Source: Candidatus Poribacteria bacterium
GTDB taxonomy: Bacteria > Poribacteria > WGA-4E > WGA-3G
Direction: 5' to 3'
DNA length: 64,000 nt
Assembly (NCBI GenBank): GCA_012270865.1
Contig: JAAXHL010000014.1
Coordinates: 26,860 to 90,859, forward strand
How positions within the stretch are numbered: position 1 is the first letter of the stretch; each line of letters starts with the position of its first letter. Position numbers and translations under genes: made by a program. The notes under the pieces were generated by a model, which searched no databases, was not told the origin of the DNA, and saw only the letters and a list, made by a program, of their open reading frames with translations. This document shows, piece after piece, positions 43,196 through 52,917 of this stretch.

Positions 43196-45616
43196 TTACG
43201 AATGCAACGGCGTTTGCCATGCGGATTTAAGGACATCAATTGAGGTCTCGACGATCCGATGCCCCGCTTTTCCTGTGATGACGAATTCAGGTGTCTCTGT
43301 GACAGTTCCGAGGTAGCCTGTTGGTACGCCTGCTATGTGATTTTCGTAAGCCTTTCGGTGTTGCGGTTCAACCTCTACAATAAAACGGCTGTTCGATTCC
43401 GAAAACAGGAGATAGTCGTCAGCATCGGTCTCATCGCCAGTGGGAACGTTGTCCAAATTCAACTTCATTCCGTAGCCACCTGCAAACGCCATCTCCGCCG
43501 CTGCCACACCGATACCGCCTTCGGAACAGTCGTGACAAGAACGCACCAACCCACTGTTAATAGCACTGCTGAGTCGTTCCATTGTCCGTTTTCCTTCAGC
43601 CGGACAGACGACGGGTGCGCTGTTTCCGATAAATCCGTGGATACCGAAGTAGTGCGATCCGCCTAATTCAGCGTAAGTGTTGCCGACGACATAGATGAGA
43701 TTGCCGGGTGCTTTTACATCCATTGTAACGGCGGTACGGATGTCTGGGATGACACAAATCGCGGAGATAAGGAGTGTTGACGGAATGGCACGTTGTTCGC
43801 CAGTTGTTGTATCCCGATATTCGTTATAGAGGCTATCCTTACCGGAGATGTAAGGCGTGCCGTAGGCGGTTGCGATGTCATAACACGCTTTCGCCGCTCG
43901 GACTAACTCACCGAGCCGATCAGGTTTGTCCGGGTTCCCCCAACAGAAGTTGTCTAACAGTGCCGTCTTTTCGACGGTTCCGCCGACAGCGACGATGTTG
44001 CGCAACGCCTCGTCAATCGCTGATGCCGCGCTGAGATACGGGTCTACGTCGCTGTATTTTGGGTTGATACCGTTGGCGATAATAACGCCTTTCCGACTCC
44101 CTAAGACCGGCGTGATAACGCACGCATCACTGGGTCCGTCGTTTGCCACACCGACGAGCGGATTGATAACCACACCACCTTGTACAGCGTGGTCGTATTG
44201 GCGAATGACGGATTCTTTACTGGCGATGTTCGGACTTGCGAGCAGTCGCTTAAGATCGTCCGTGTAAGAGGGGTTTTCAACCCCGATTCCTCTCTCTCGG
44301 GACGGCATATCTGGGTGGTTCGGTGGCTGCCAAACCGCCGCTTTCACAGGTTTCGGGAGTCCGTTATGCAGGAATTCCATCTCTAAATCAGCGACAATCG
44401 CGCCTTCATAGAAGACCTGTAACCGATGTGTATCCGTGAAAGTTCCGAGGACAGTGGCTTCAACGAATTCCGCCTCACAAATAGCCACCAATTCCGATAG
44501 GTTTTCGGGTGGCACGGCGATAACCATCCGTTCCTGTGCTTCGGAGAGCCAGATTTCCCACGGCTCCAGCCCCTCATATTTTAAAGAGACGCGTTCGAGG
44601 TGTACCTCTGCGCCTATAGCTTCACCCATCTCACCGACGGCGGACGAGAACCCGCCTGCACCACAATCGGTAATTGAGCGATAGAGGTTGCGGTCGCGCG
44701 CCTGTAGCAACGCATCAACGATCTTTTTCTCCATAATCGGGTTGCCGATCTGTACGACGCTGCCGAGGTTTTCGGAGGTATCGTCGAGTTCAGCGGAGGA
44801 GAACGTCGCGCCGTGAATGCCGTCGCGTCCGGTTTGTCCGCCGATAGCGACTACCAGATCGCCGGGTTCAACGGACTTTTCACATCTGTTTCTCGGTATG
44901 AGACCGACGTTTCCACAGAAGACGAGCGGGTTTGCTGTATAACGACTATCGAAAAGGATCGCACCGTTAGCAGTCGGGATCCCCATCCTGTTGCCGTAGT
45001 CTCGGACACCGGCGACAACGCCTTTAAAGACGCGTTTCGGATGAAGCGTGCCTTTCGGTAACTCCGTGTATGACATGTCCGGCATTCCAAAACAGAAGAT
45101 GTCCGTATTCAGAATCGGTTTTGCGCCGAGTCCGGTGCCGAGGGAGTCGCGAATCACGCCGCCGATGCCTGTCCCCGCACCGCCATAAGGTTCAATCGCT
45201 GATGGGTGGTTGTGTGTCTCGACTTTGAAGACGAGGTTAAATGTCTCGTCAAACTCAATGATACCAGCGTTGTCCGAAAAGACAGAGACGCACCACGGTT
45301 TGGCGATGTCCTCGGTTGCGCGTTGGATGTAGGTTGGGAACAATCCATCAATTTGTTCGGGTTCTTTTCCGTCTTCGGAATAGCGGATGATACTCTTGAA
45401 CGTTTTATGAACACAATGCTCCGACCATGTTTGTGCGATGGTCTCTATCTCTACATCTGTCGGATTGCGTCCTAAGGTGCCGAAATGCGTCTGGATCGCC
45501 TTCATCTCGTTGAGGTTCAGCGACAATGTTCCCTCTCGGCTGATACGCATCAGTTCAGCATCGTCCGCATTTAGAATCTCTATTTCTTTAACCATATTGG
45601 ACATTAATTTCTCCAC
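43196..45616 (-). CDS. purL: phosphoribosylformylglycinamidine synthase subunit PurL
   Basis: 806 aa. Motifs ...EIETIAQTWSEHCVHKTF..., ETHNHPSAIEPYGGAGTG, and duplicated AIR-synthase-like domains. Confidence 0.92.
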   Translation of the reverse strand: MEKLMSNMVKEIEILNADDAELMRISREGTLSLNLNEMKAIQTHFGTLGRNPTDVEIETIAQTWSEHCVHKTFKSIIRYSEDGKEPEQIDGLFPTYIQRATEDIAKPWCVSVFSDNAGIIEFDETFNLVFKVETHNHPSAIEPYGGAGTGIGGVIRDSLGTGLGAKPILNTDIFCFGMPDMSYTELPKGTLHPKRVFKGVVAGVRDYGNRMGIPTANGAILFDSRYTANPLVFCGNVGLIPRNRCEKSVEPGDLVVAIGGQTGRDGIHGATFSSAELDDTSENLGSVVQIGNPIMEKKIVDALLQARDRNLYRSITDCGAGGFSSAVGEMGEAIGAEVHLERVSLKYEGLEPWEIWLSEAQERMVIAVPPENLSELVAICEAEFVEATVLGTFTDTHRLQVFYEGAIVADLEMEFLHNGLPKPVKAAVWQPPNHPDMPSRERGIGVENPSYTDDLKRLLASPNIASKESVIRQYDHAVQGGVVINPLVGVANDGPSDACVITPVLGSRKGVIIANGINPKYSDVDPYLSAASAIDEALRNIVAVGGTVEKTALLDNFCWGNPDKPDRLGELVRAAKACYDIATAYGTPYISGKDSLYNEYRDTTTGEQRAIPSTLLISAICVIPDIRTAVTMDVKAPGNLIYVVGNTYAELGGSHYFGIHGFIGNSAPVVCPAEGKRTMERLSSAINSGLVRSCHDCSEGGIGVAAAEMAFAGGYGMKLNLDNVPTGDETDADDYLLFSESNSRFIVEVEPQHRKAYENHIAGVPTGYLGTVTETPEFVITGKAGHRIVETSIDVLKSAWQTPLHS

Positions 45617-45687
45617 TATTTACGCGTCGTCTTTTTGAAGAGATTTACTGCAAATCATTTTGATTGTTATCATATCACAATGTTGGT

Positions 45688-46086
45688 TTAGACAGTGGCC
45701 CGAATTTCCGATGGCAGTGCACTTTTGAAATCTCTGAAAATATCACGAAGTTTTATCGCTATATCGCTAATTGTTCCTTCAGCACCGAGACTAAGCATTT
45801 CCATTTTTTCAGTTGCTGTATGGGCGGTTTTGTAGTAAATACAATATGTGAAACGATAAGAACGGAACCAACTGTCTACATCTACGACTGAAATTTCGCC
45901 TTTAAATCCTAAAACTACCATTTTAACCATGTATTCAGCCAAGGGTGGTCTTAAATGAGTTAATAACAATTCCTCGTAAAGAACGCAGTTAATTTCTACT
46001 AATGACCAATCTATAGCAAATTCTTTCGCTTCTTCTTTCAGAATTTGTCCAAATTTCTTGTCAACAACAACATTTATAGTTTCCAT
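45688..46086 (-). CDS. hypothetical protein (AT-rich orphan)
   Basis: 132-aa ORF. Its start overlaps the stop of the upstream gene by 1 nt (TAATG). No motif recognised. Markedly AT-rich: line 45961-46020 has 18/60 G+C by hand count. Confidence 0.4.
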   Translation of the reverse strand: METINVVVDKKFGQILKEEAKEFAIDWSLVEINCVLYEELLLTHLRPPLAEYMVKMVVLGFKGEISVVDVDSWFRSYRFTYCIYYKTAHTATEKMEMLSLGAEGTISDIAIKLRDIFRDFKSALPSEIRATV

Positions 46087-46907
46087 TATTCCTTAAATGA
46101 AGCAGTAACCCGCGGGATGCTCTCTTCGCAGGCGAAGCGTTCAATACTGGATGCGCCGACGAAGCCGACGGTGTCCGTCTTTTCGTTGATAAACGCCGCC
46201 TCCGGTGCTTTTGAGATGGGACCGCCGTGCGAGAGACAGATGACGTTTGGGTTCACGGATTGTGCAGCGTCACATATCTCTTGGACACGGACTGCCGCAT
46301 CTTCGAGCGTGAAAGCGGTTTCCGCACCGATCGTACCACCGATCGTCGTCCCCATGTGCGCGATGATTACGTCCGCACCGACTTTTGCCATCTGCTCGGA
46401 TTCTTCAGGGTTAAAGACGTAGACAATCGTGAAAAGGTCCATCTCATGCGCAATGCCGATTGTCTCGACCTCTTTGTAGAAACCCATCCCTGTCTCTTCA
46501 AGCGTTACCCTGAAAGTGCCGTCAATCACACCGACAGTTGGGAAGTTATTCACACCATCAAAACCGACATCGCGAACCTGTTTGAGGAAGTTGCTCATCC
46601 GGCGTGTCGGGTCGGTGCCGTTAACGCCAGCGATAACGGGGGTCTCTTGGACGACGGGTAGCACCTCGCGCTCCCCCATCTCCATGACGATAGCGTTCGC
46701 ATCACCGTAAGCCAAGAGTCCTGCACAAGAACCGAACCCTGACATCCGATAGCGACCGGAGTTGTAAATTACGATCAGGTCTGCCCCGCCGCGTTCTGCG
46801 AATTTCGCTGTGATACCTGTTCCAGCACCGACAGCCAACAAATGTTTTCCTTGATCCAATTCTGCTCTCAATCGTCCTAAAACGTCATCTCGTCTATAAT
46901 CCGGCAT
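46086..46907 (-). CDS. phosphoenolpyruvate-hydrolase-like TIM-barrel protein (Tm-1 C-terminal-domain family)
   Basis: Motifs ...GAGTGITAKFAERGGADLIVIYNSGRYRM..., NFPTVG and ...IIAHMGTTIGG..., as I remember for the PEP_hydrolase/UPF0261-partner family. Confidence 0.65.
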   Translation of the reverse strand: MPDYRRDDVLGRLRAELDQGKHLLAVGAGTGITAKFAERGGADLIVIYNSGRYRMSGFGSCAGLLAYGDANAIVMEMGEREVLPVVQETPVIAGVNGTDPTRRMSNFLKQVRDVGFDGVNNFPTVGVIDGTFRVTLEETGMGFYKEVETIGIAHEMDLFTIVYVFNPEESEQMAKVGADVIIAHMGTTIGGTIGAETAFTLEDAAVRVQEICDAAQSVNPNVICLSHGGPISKAPEAAFINEKTDTVGFVGASSIERFACEESIPRVTASFKE

Positions 46908-47080
46908 ATTTTAATTTTCCTTGCGGTTAAATAACATGGTTTGAGATTTGACATGCTTTTCTTGAATCCGCTCTCCATTTCATTACGAGCTGCGTTCTTG
47001 ATGTTGTGAAGAGCGGATTGATTTAATCAGAAATTTCTTACTGACAGCCGAAAGCCGACTGCTGACAGCCATTCTAATGG
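46908..47080. repeat. shared upstream leader cassette (copy 2) plus heptad run
   Basis: 46909-46932 and 46965-46991 match the trpF upstream region. A 10-bp inverted repeat aatccgctct/agagcggatt is present. Heptads ctgacag ccgaaag ccgactg ctgacag at 47041-47068. Confidence 0.8.
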
Positions 47081-48475
47081 CTACTCATCCCTCGATTTTG
47101 CCTGTAAACGTGCGGCTTCGCCTGGATTCCCGATGTGCATCGTATCGTACGCCTGTTCGGAGGACTTGAATGGACCGACCCCTTTGTGTCCGTGCCAATC
47201 GCCTTGGTTCATAATCGGATTTGGCAACCCTGTCTCTTGTTCTCGCTGGCGAATCCAACTTTTCATGCGTGTTTCGAGGAGATTGACGACATCCGGGTGT
47301 TGGTCAGCGAGATTGTTGTTTTCATCAGGGTCCTGGATCAAGTTATAGAGTTCAACAGACGGTTTGAAATGGAAATCAGGTTCGAGTGCAACGATGAGTT
47401 TCCATTCGGGAGTCCGCCAACCGTGTTTGCGCATCCACGTACATTCTGTAATATAGAACTCACTATCGTAAGAAGCCACCTCGCCGCGGATCATCGGTGT
47501 AAGGCTCTCACCGTCAAATTCAATATCGGTTTCGATATCTGCAAGTTCAAGAAGCGTCGGGACAAGGTCCTTGTGTTGGTTATACCCTGAAACCCGTTTT
47601 CCAGCAGGCACGCGACCGGGATAGCGGATAATAAGTGGAACGTGTAAGGTGACATCGTAGAGTCCGTGATGGTCGAACCAGCATTCGTGGTCGTAGAGCG
47701 TTTCACCGTGATCGCCGTTGATAATGATGATCGTTTCGTCCATCACACCGCGCGTCTCAAGCGCATTGAAAAGCGTCTGAATACATGCATCCATATAAGC
47801 GATGGCACCGTCATATTGTGCGATGACGTAATCCTTGTCGGTGATTCCAACTGGCATCCAAGAGGCGAAATAGTCGCAAAACGGTTTAAACGACATCACC
47901 GGCTCCATAGATTTATTGTTCGGATCGCACTCATCACCGTGGTAGAACGTCCGTTCATACGGAGCGGGAGGTAAGTAAGGTGAGTGTGGATCCATGTGTC
48001 TCAGGAATAGGAAAAACGGTTTTTCGTCGTTCTGATCAATGAGTCGATTTAGCTCGGGGAGTGTCGTTTTGTTGAGGTTTTCTGCTTTCGGACTCCGTCC
48101 GCTTTCATCGGGGCCCCAGCCAGAGAATTCGAGATAGGTATCAAACCCACGCGCACTCGGACCACCGAACCCGACACAAGTGGTGTCGTAACCGACTTCC
48201 CGTAAGATTTCCGCCAATGTTTTAACTTCCTCGCGGAGCGGTCCTTGGTGGCGCAATGCGACGACTTGTGTGCTGAACGTATCCATCCCGGTAAGCATAG
48301 ACGCATAAGCGCTCGTTGTCGGGATATGCGCGCTGTAAGTTCTCTCGAAGAGGGTGGCACCCTCCGCGAACCGATCAATGTGTGGAGTCGTCAGTCGATG
48401 ATATCCGTAGCAACTCATGTGCGTCGCGAGGAGTGAATCAACGCCCATCAGGACAATATTCGGTTGTTTTGCCAT
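47081..48475 (-). CDS. sulfatase-fold (alkaline-phosphatase superfamily) hydrolase lacking the C/S-x-P-x-R FGly motif
   Basis: N-terminal PNIVLMGVDSL...TPHIDRF... The motif position reads TTSAYASMLTG instead of CxPSRxxxLTG. ...INGDHGE metal site is present. Confidence 0.75.
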   Translation of the reverse strand: MAKQPNIVLMGVDSLLATHMSCYGYHRLTTPHIDRFAEGATLFERTYSAHIPTTSAYASMLTGMDTFSTQVVALRHQGPLREEVKTLAEILREVGYDTTCVGFGGPSARGFDTYLEFSGWGPDESGRSPKAENLNKTTLPELNRLIDQNDEKPFFLFLRHMDPHSPYLPPAPYERTFYHGDECDPNNKSMEPVMSFKPFCDYFASWMPVGITDKDYVIAQYDGAIAYMDACIQTLFNALETRGVMDETIIIINGDHGETLYDHECWFDHHGLYDVTLHVPLIIRYPGRVPAGKRVSGYNQHKDLVPTLLELADIETDIEFDGESLTPMIRGEVASYDSEFYITECTWMRKHGWRTPEWKLIVALEPDFHFKPSVELYNLIQDPDENNNLADQHPDVVNLLETRMKSWIRQREQETGLPNPIMNQGDWHGHKGVGPFKSSEQAYDTMHIGNPGEAARLQAKSRDE

Positions 48476-48611
48476 AGTTAAGTTCTCCTTTTTTAATGGT
48501 TATAAGTTAGAATAGTTATCAGTCGTCAGTCAAGAGCGGTTGGGTTCACCAAATAGTGTTAGGTTACAAGGATACCCTCTTAACTGAAAACTGTTAACTG
48601 ATAACTGACGA
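48476..48611. repeat. heptad-periodic palindromic intergenic element
   Basis: Left arm gttatcagtcgtcagtcaagag. Right arm ctcttaactgaaaactgttaactgataactgacgact. Confidence 0.75.
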
Positions 48612-49418
48612 CTATGTTCCCCAATCCTTATGCCAAACCAGTGTATTCTGCTCGTTATTGTTAAGCATATCACCAATTTCGAGTGCGTTAAAATAGTCTT
48701 CCGGCAGGATATTCCGTTTCCCGTTGAAGGTGCATCCATCGGGCATGAAGCCGCAGGTCATTGCTCGACGATGAGAAAAGGTCATGTTTGCCCCTGCGCC
48801 GTGCGCTGTTAAACCGTTGTGCCATACCATGGAACCCGCAGGACAGGGCGCAGATTGCGGTTCAAGTTTTTTCCATTCCGGGTACACATTGAACAACGCG
48901 CCTATGTTTTCGCCAATACCGACGTTATCAAAACGAGCCGTTTTGTGGGTCCCCGGTAGATACCACATACAACCGTTCGCGAGGGTGGCATCGTCTAAGG
49001 CGACCCAAAACGAAACCGCGTCCCGTGAGTCAAATGACCAGTACGGGACATCGAGATGCCATGCTGTCGGATTCCCAGACGGCGGCTTAATCAACGCTTG
49101 GTCGTGCCATATTCGCATGCCATCAACACCTGCGAGCCGTGTCGCCATCTTTCCGATTTTCGGGTCGTGGACCAATTTCCGCATACCTGCGTGTGAATCC
49201 GCCAAACGGAGGCATTGTGTAAAAACCCGCGCGTAAAAATTAGACGGATCCAACTGGTTCGTCATGTGTTCAACAGAGGTGCCGAGACGTTCCTCAACGG
49301 ATTCGTCTGTGCAACGTCGCCATTCTTCTAATTCGTCGGCATCAAGAAAGTTTTCAATAACCAGAAATCCGTTTTCTTGATAATCGTTAATTTGTGAGTC
49401 GGTAAGTTCGTGTTGCAA
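48612..49418 (-). CDS. phytanoyl-CoA dioxygenase (PhyH) family oxygenase
   Basis: Motifs WHLDVPYW (H-x-D) and a distal ...MVWHNGLTAHGAGAN. AAGGAG lies 9 nt before TTG 49418. The ORF-track start at 49538 would place a promoter-like TGATACAAT inside the gene, so the start is uncertain. Confidence 0.75.
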   Translation of the reverse strand: MQHELTDSQINDYQENGFLVIENFLDADELEEWRRCTDESVEERLGTSVEHMTNQLDPSNFYARVFTQCLRLADSHAGMRKLVHDPKIGKMATRLAGVDGMRIWHDQALIKPPSGNPTAWHLDVPYWSFDSRDAVSFWVALDDATLANGCMWYLPGTHKTARFDNVGIGENIGALFNVYPEWKKLEPQSAPCPAGSMVWHNGLTAHGAGANMTFSHRRAMTCGFMPDGCTFNGKRNILPEDYFNALEIGDMLNNNEQNTLVWHKDWGT

Positions 49419-49551
49419 TTCCGCGTTCTCCTTTTCATTCTTCCTATTGATGGGCTTGCAAATACCTCTTTTCAGAATTGTATCACAGAAGTGAGAAATA
49501 GACAAAAGAAAAATGGCAAGATGCCCAGAACGTACCAAATTCGTTTAACCC

Positions 49552-49581
49552 TTGAATTGTGATATGCAGTTGTGGTATAAT
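49552..49581 (+). promoter_or_regulatory. sigma70-type promoter with extended -10
   Basis: TTGAAT (49552-49557), 18-nt spacer, TGG-TATAAT (49576-49581). Lies upstream of the regulator gene. Confidence 0.5.
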
Positions 49582-49659
49582 GCTTTATAATGTCGTAGAA
49601 GTATATTAAATAAAGTGATGTTAACTATATGAATTCCCCGAATACGACGAGGTAATCAC

Positions 49660-50292
49660 GTGAATTGCGAAATAAGTGAAACCCGAATGCGAATCCTGCA
49701 GCTGCTGAAAATGCGCGCCGGCATGACCATCGGTCAACTGACAGATGCCTTGCATATCAGTCAGATGGGGGTCCGGCAGCACCTCGCAATACTTGAAACA
49801 GAAGGTTTGGTTGAACATTACCAAGAAAAACAGGGGCGCGGTCGTCCACCGTACGTCTATAGATTAACCGATGAAGCGAACAGCCTGTTCCCGACAACTT
49901 ACGCCAATTTTGCTGTCGGGTTGATGCATGAGGTCGCGAAATTTAACGGTCCCGGTTTCATCAATAAAGTGTTCCGTGAACGTATGAAATCGCAACTCAA
50001 GGCGTACCAACTCCGACTTAACGGCAAAACGTTACCTGAACGGGTCAAAGAACTTGCCTGCATCCGTGACGAAGAGGGATACATGGCACGTTTTCATGAG
50101 GCAGCAGACGATTACATTTTAATCGAGCACAACTGCCCTATTGCGGTAATCGCACAGGAATACCCGCAGGTATGCGAGATTGAATTGGCACTCTTCCGCC
50201 AGTCTCTGGATGCCAAGATTGTTCGGGAAGAACATCTGATGCAGGGAAGCCACAGATGCTGCTATCGGATTCCGAAAACCTCTGAAGAGTAG
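49660..50292 (+). CDS. ArsR-like winged-helix transcriptional regulator with C-terminal sensor domain
   Basis: Motifs RILQLLKMRAGMTIGQLTDALHISQMGVRQHLAILETEGLV and ...GRGRPPYVYRLT. Confidence 0.7.
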   Translation: MNCEISETRMRILQLLKMRAGMTIGQLTDALHISQMGVRQHLAILETEGLVEHYQEKQGRGRPPYVYRLTDEANSLFPTTYANFAVGLMHEVAKFNGPGFINKVFRERMKSQLKAYQLRLNGKTLPERVKELACIRDEEGYMARFHEAADDYILIEHNCPIAVIAQEYPQVCEIELALFRQSLDAKIVREEHLMQGSHRCCYRIPKTSEE

Positions 50293-50337
50293 TCCGAATG
50301 TCAGGGCTGCACACGATTTTTGAGGATAAATCATAGC

Positions 50338-50940
50338 ATGGCTCGTGAAACAGGGAGACGCGGTTTTTTCAAGGAAGCACTCAACCAAATCATGCAACCG
50401 GTCGCCGAATTTCTTGACGACACGATGCATGAACAGTTGCCTGCTGCTGAAGCCGACAGACGTTATATTTTGCGTCCACCCGGCGCATTGCCTGAAACGG
50501 AATTCTTGGAGACGTGTCATCGGTGCGGTAACTGTATCAAAAACTGTCCCGCAAACGCTATACTTCCGTTACAGAACGTTCAATCTGCTATCGTCAACAC
50601 CCCTTACATTGATCCTGACGAACAACCGTGTGTTATCTGTGATTCGTTAGCATGCATGTATGTCTGTCCGAGTGGGGCACTAAAACCTGTCTACGCTGAA
50701 GATATTCGGATCGGTATAGCAGTGTTCAATGTTGAGACGTGCCTTCGGACGAAAACGGTGGATTGTACCTACTGCATTGATACGTGTCCGATTGGAGCGG
50801 ATGCGATTCATCTCACGACAGAAGGCGTTGTGGAGGTACTTGAAACCGGCTGCACGGGGTGTGGTGTGTGTCAGTATGCGTGTCCAACAGCTCCGAAGTC
50901 GATAATCGTTGAACCGCGTATAGAGCAAGCGGAAACTTGA
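50338..50940 (+). CDS. 4Fe-4S ferredoxin-domain protein with twin-arginine-like N-terminus
   Basis: MARETGRRGFFKE. Cysteine clusters CHRCGNCIKNCP, CVICDSLACMYVCP, CTYCIDTCP and CTGCGVCQYACP. ATG 50338 preferred over TTG 50320. Confidence 0.75.
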   Translation: MARETGRRGFFKEALNQIMQPVAEFLDDTMHEQLPAAEADRRYILRPPGALPETEFLETCHRCGNCIKNCPANAILPLQNVQSAIVNTPYIDPDEQPCVICDSLACMYVCPSGALKPVYAEDIRIGIAVFNVETCLRTKTVDCTYCIDTCPIGADAIHLTTEGVVEVLETGCTGCGVCQYACPTAPKSIIVEPRIEQAET

Positions 50941-50984
50941 TATTTTAAATATATCGTTGTATAACGCACCATTTCGCAGAAAAT

Positions 50985-51539
50985 ATGTCTGTACTTACAC
51001 AAGTTTTTATGCAAGGCGCGGTGAACGGACAAGGATTACGCGATATCAAACCGCCGCTGGAGGTACCTGAGAGCCTACTCCTGTATATGCTCGGTGCTGT
51101 GGTGATACTCGGACTTATCGCTGCGTCGGTAGGGTTCTATCTCCGAAAACGGCACCAAACCATAGCCGTATCTGAAGATGAAGGGGTAAACCTCCCGTTA
51201 CCGCATGAGGTGGCATACCAACGGTTGAAAGCGATTGAGGCATCGGATCTGCTTGCGCGTGGTGATATGGAGACGTATCACACACAAGTTGCACACACAC
51301 TCCGGGAATATATCAGTGCCAGATATAGGATCCCTGCGTTAGAATTAACAACGACAGCACTGCGTCAAGCGATGTCGCGTGCCGAGATAGGCGCAGAATA
51401 TATTGATCGGATTCAGCAGGTACTTGCCAATTGTGATATGGTAAAATTCGCAACCTATCAGCCACAAGTTTCGGAAGCGTCCGCGCGTATCGTTGCCGCG
51501 CGTTGGATCGTTGACGCAACGAAGGCTTCGGTCTCCTAA
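50985..51539 (+). CDS. DUF4381-like single-TM protein
   Basis: Pattern ...LRDIKPPLEVP... followed by one TM segment and then a helical domain. This family usually accompanies MoxR/DUF58/BatA loci. Confidence 0.5.
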   Translation: MSVLTQVFMQGAVNGQGLRDIKPPLEVPESLLLYMLGAVVILGLIAASVGFYLRKRHQTIAVSEDEGVNLPLPHEVAYQRLKAIEASDLLARGDMETYHTQVAHTLREYISARYRIPALELTTTALRQAMSRAEIGAEYIDRIQQVLANCDMVKFATYQPQVSEASARIVAARWIVDATKASVS

Positions 51540-51809
51540 ATACCGATGCCGACAAAAATCAAAAAAAGCACAGAAAGTTGTTTTGGAATACGAACCTCCA
51601 AAAATTAATTAAAATGTTGACACAATTTGAAATATAGTATATTTTTAATTCAGTCTTTATAGTCGTGCATCTGTGAAAATATGGATTTGGATGATATATA
51701 AATCATAGAATCGGTCTTTGCGATATGGATTGAAATGAAGACTACAAAATTAGAACGAATTTATAGGTTTCCTATGTAAAATATGAGCCATAGCAAGGAG
51801 GGAAATAAC

Positions 51810-52247
51810 GTGTCATTAGAACACAAAGTACTCCTCACTATACCGATGTACCCTGATATGGAACTTGCCGCAGCGAAAACCGCCTCTGTTCTCGCAGAAC
51901 TGATGAATTTTGAGGAGGGACAGGTTGAAGAGATTCAACTCGCAATTATTGAAACCTGCATAAACGCTTTTGAGCATAGCCACAGCGATGATAATGAGGT
52001 CCATATTGAGTTCCTACTTTCTGAGGACCAGTTGCAGTTTAAGATTATAGATCGAGGGGTCGGTATAACCCCGGATATTCTGGACGGTTCCCGTTTACTC
52101 GGGAGTCCAAGTGTACACCCTGATCTGCGCAAACGCGGTAGAGGTCTACAAATTGTTAGAAGCCTAATGGATGAGGTAGATATAGAAAGCAGCTCGAACG
52201 GTACAACTGTTAGCGTCATCAAAAGAAAGAGTAGGAGAACTGCCTAA
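51810..52247 (+). CDS. anti-sigma-factor-type serine kinase (RsbW/SpoIIAB-like HATPase)
   Basis: N-box IETCINAFEH, G1 IIDRGVGI, G2 RGRGLQIVRSLMD. AAGGAGG lies 8 nt before GTG 51810. Confidence 0.8.
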   Translation: MSLEHKVLLTIPMYPDMELAAAKTASVLAELMNFEEGQVEEIQLAIIETCINAFEHSHSDDNEVHIEFLLSEDQLQFKIIDRGVGITPDILDGSRLLGSPSVHPDLRKRGRGLQIVRSLMDEVDIESSSNGTTVSVIKRKSRRTA

Positions 52248-52418
52248 ACGTTATGCCGTTTTGCCCTATCCGTAGCGCAATTTTGCGTTCGGGATCGGTT
52301 GTTTAGAGTCCCGCGTTCAAAGGACGACTCTCAGCGACAACCTTTTCTACATACCCTCTTTAGGTTATAGGGGACAGTTTGCATTCCATATTCAGAGTTT
52401 AAAAAGGAGGTAAGCACT

Positions 52419-52763
52419 TTGCTAAACAAATTTGATATTCAAATCCGCGAAGCACAGGAACACGCGGTGATTGAAACGGCTGGATACCTGAATGATGCCC
52501 TCGGCGAAGAACTTTCTGCTAAAGCGCGGGAACTCATTCAGAACGGTCACACACAGTTGGTTATCAACCTTGAAAAAACAACGCTTATTAATAGCATCGG
52601 TATATCCATACTTATTGAAATCATAGAAGCACTCGAGGAACGTCAAGGCACCTTGAATTTCTGTGGATTGTCTGCTACACAAGAACGCACTTTTCGGATG
52701 ATGGCACTTGCAAAATACGCCGGTATCTACCCAGATGAAGAATCCGCAATTGCGAATCTATAA
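52419..52763 (+). CDS. STAS-domain anti-anti-sigma factor (RsbV/SpoIIAA-like)
   Basis: 114 aa. ...LVINLEKTTLINSIGISILIE... contains the phosphorylatable-Ser context (N-S-I-G). AAGGAGG lies 8 nt before the TTG start. Confidence 0.8.
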   Translation: MLNKFDIQIREAQEHAVIETAGYLNDALGEELSAKARELIQNGHTQLVINLEKTTLINSIGISILIEIIEALEERQGTLNFCGLSATQERTFRMMALAKYAGIYPDEESAIANL

Positions 52764-52917
52764 GTTTTGTTTCCGAAGCAAATTTAATTCGGTTGTCCAT
52801 TAAGATCGGTTTTTTGCAAATTTTGTGGCGTGTGTTTAGAAGACTTTTACTCGTACCTTTTGACCTCAGCAATCATTAATATAAAAAATTAGAAACGAAT
52901 TTCTGGAATATAATATT

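Noticed and set aside
45688-46086. Candidate purS upstream of purL.
   Set aside because: At 132 aa it is too long and shows none of the PurS pattern. It is AT-rich and coupled to the gene upstream, not to purL.
49419-49538. N-terminal 40-aa extension of the PhyH ORF (MVRSGHLAIFLL...).
   Set aside because: The extension contains promoter-like sequence (TGATACAAT). An AAGGAG-TTG start at 49418 gives a protein of typical PhyH length. The longer form is still possible.
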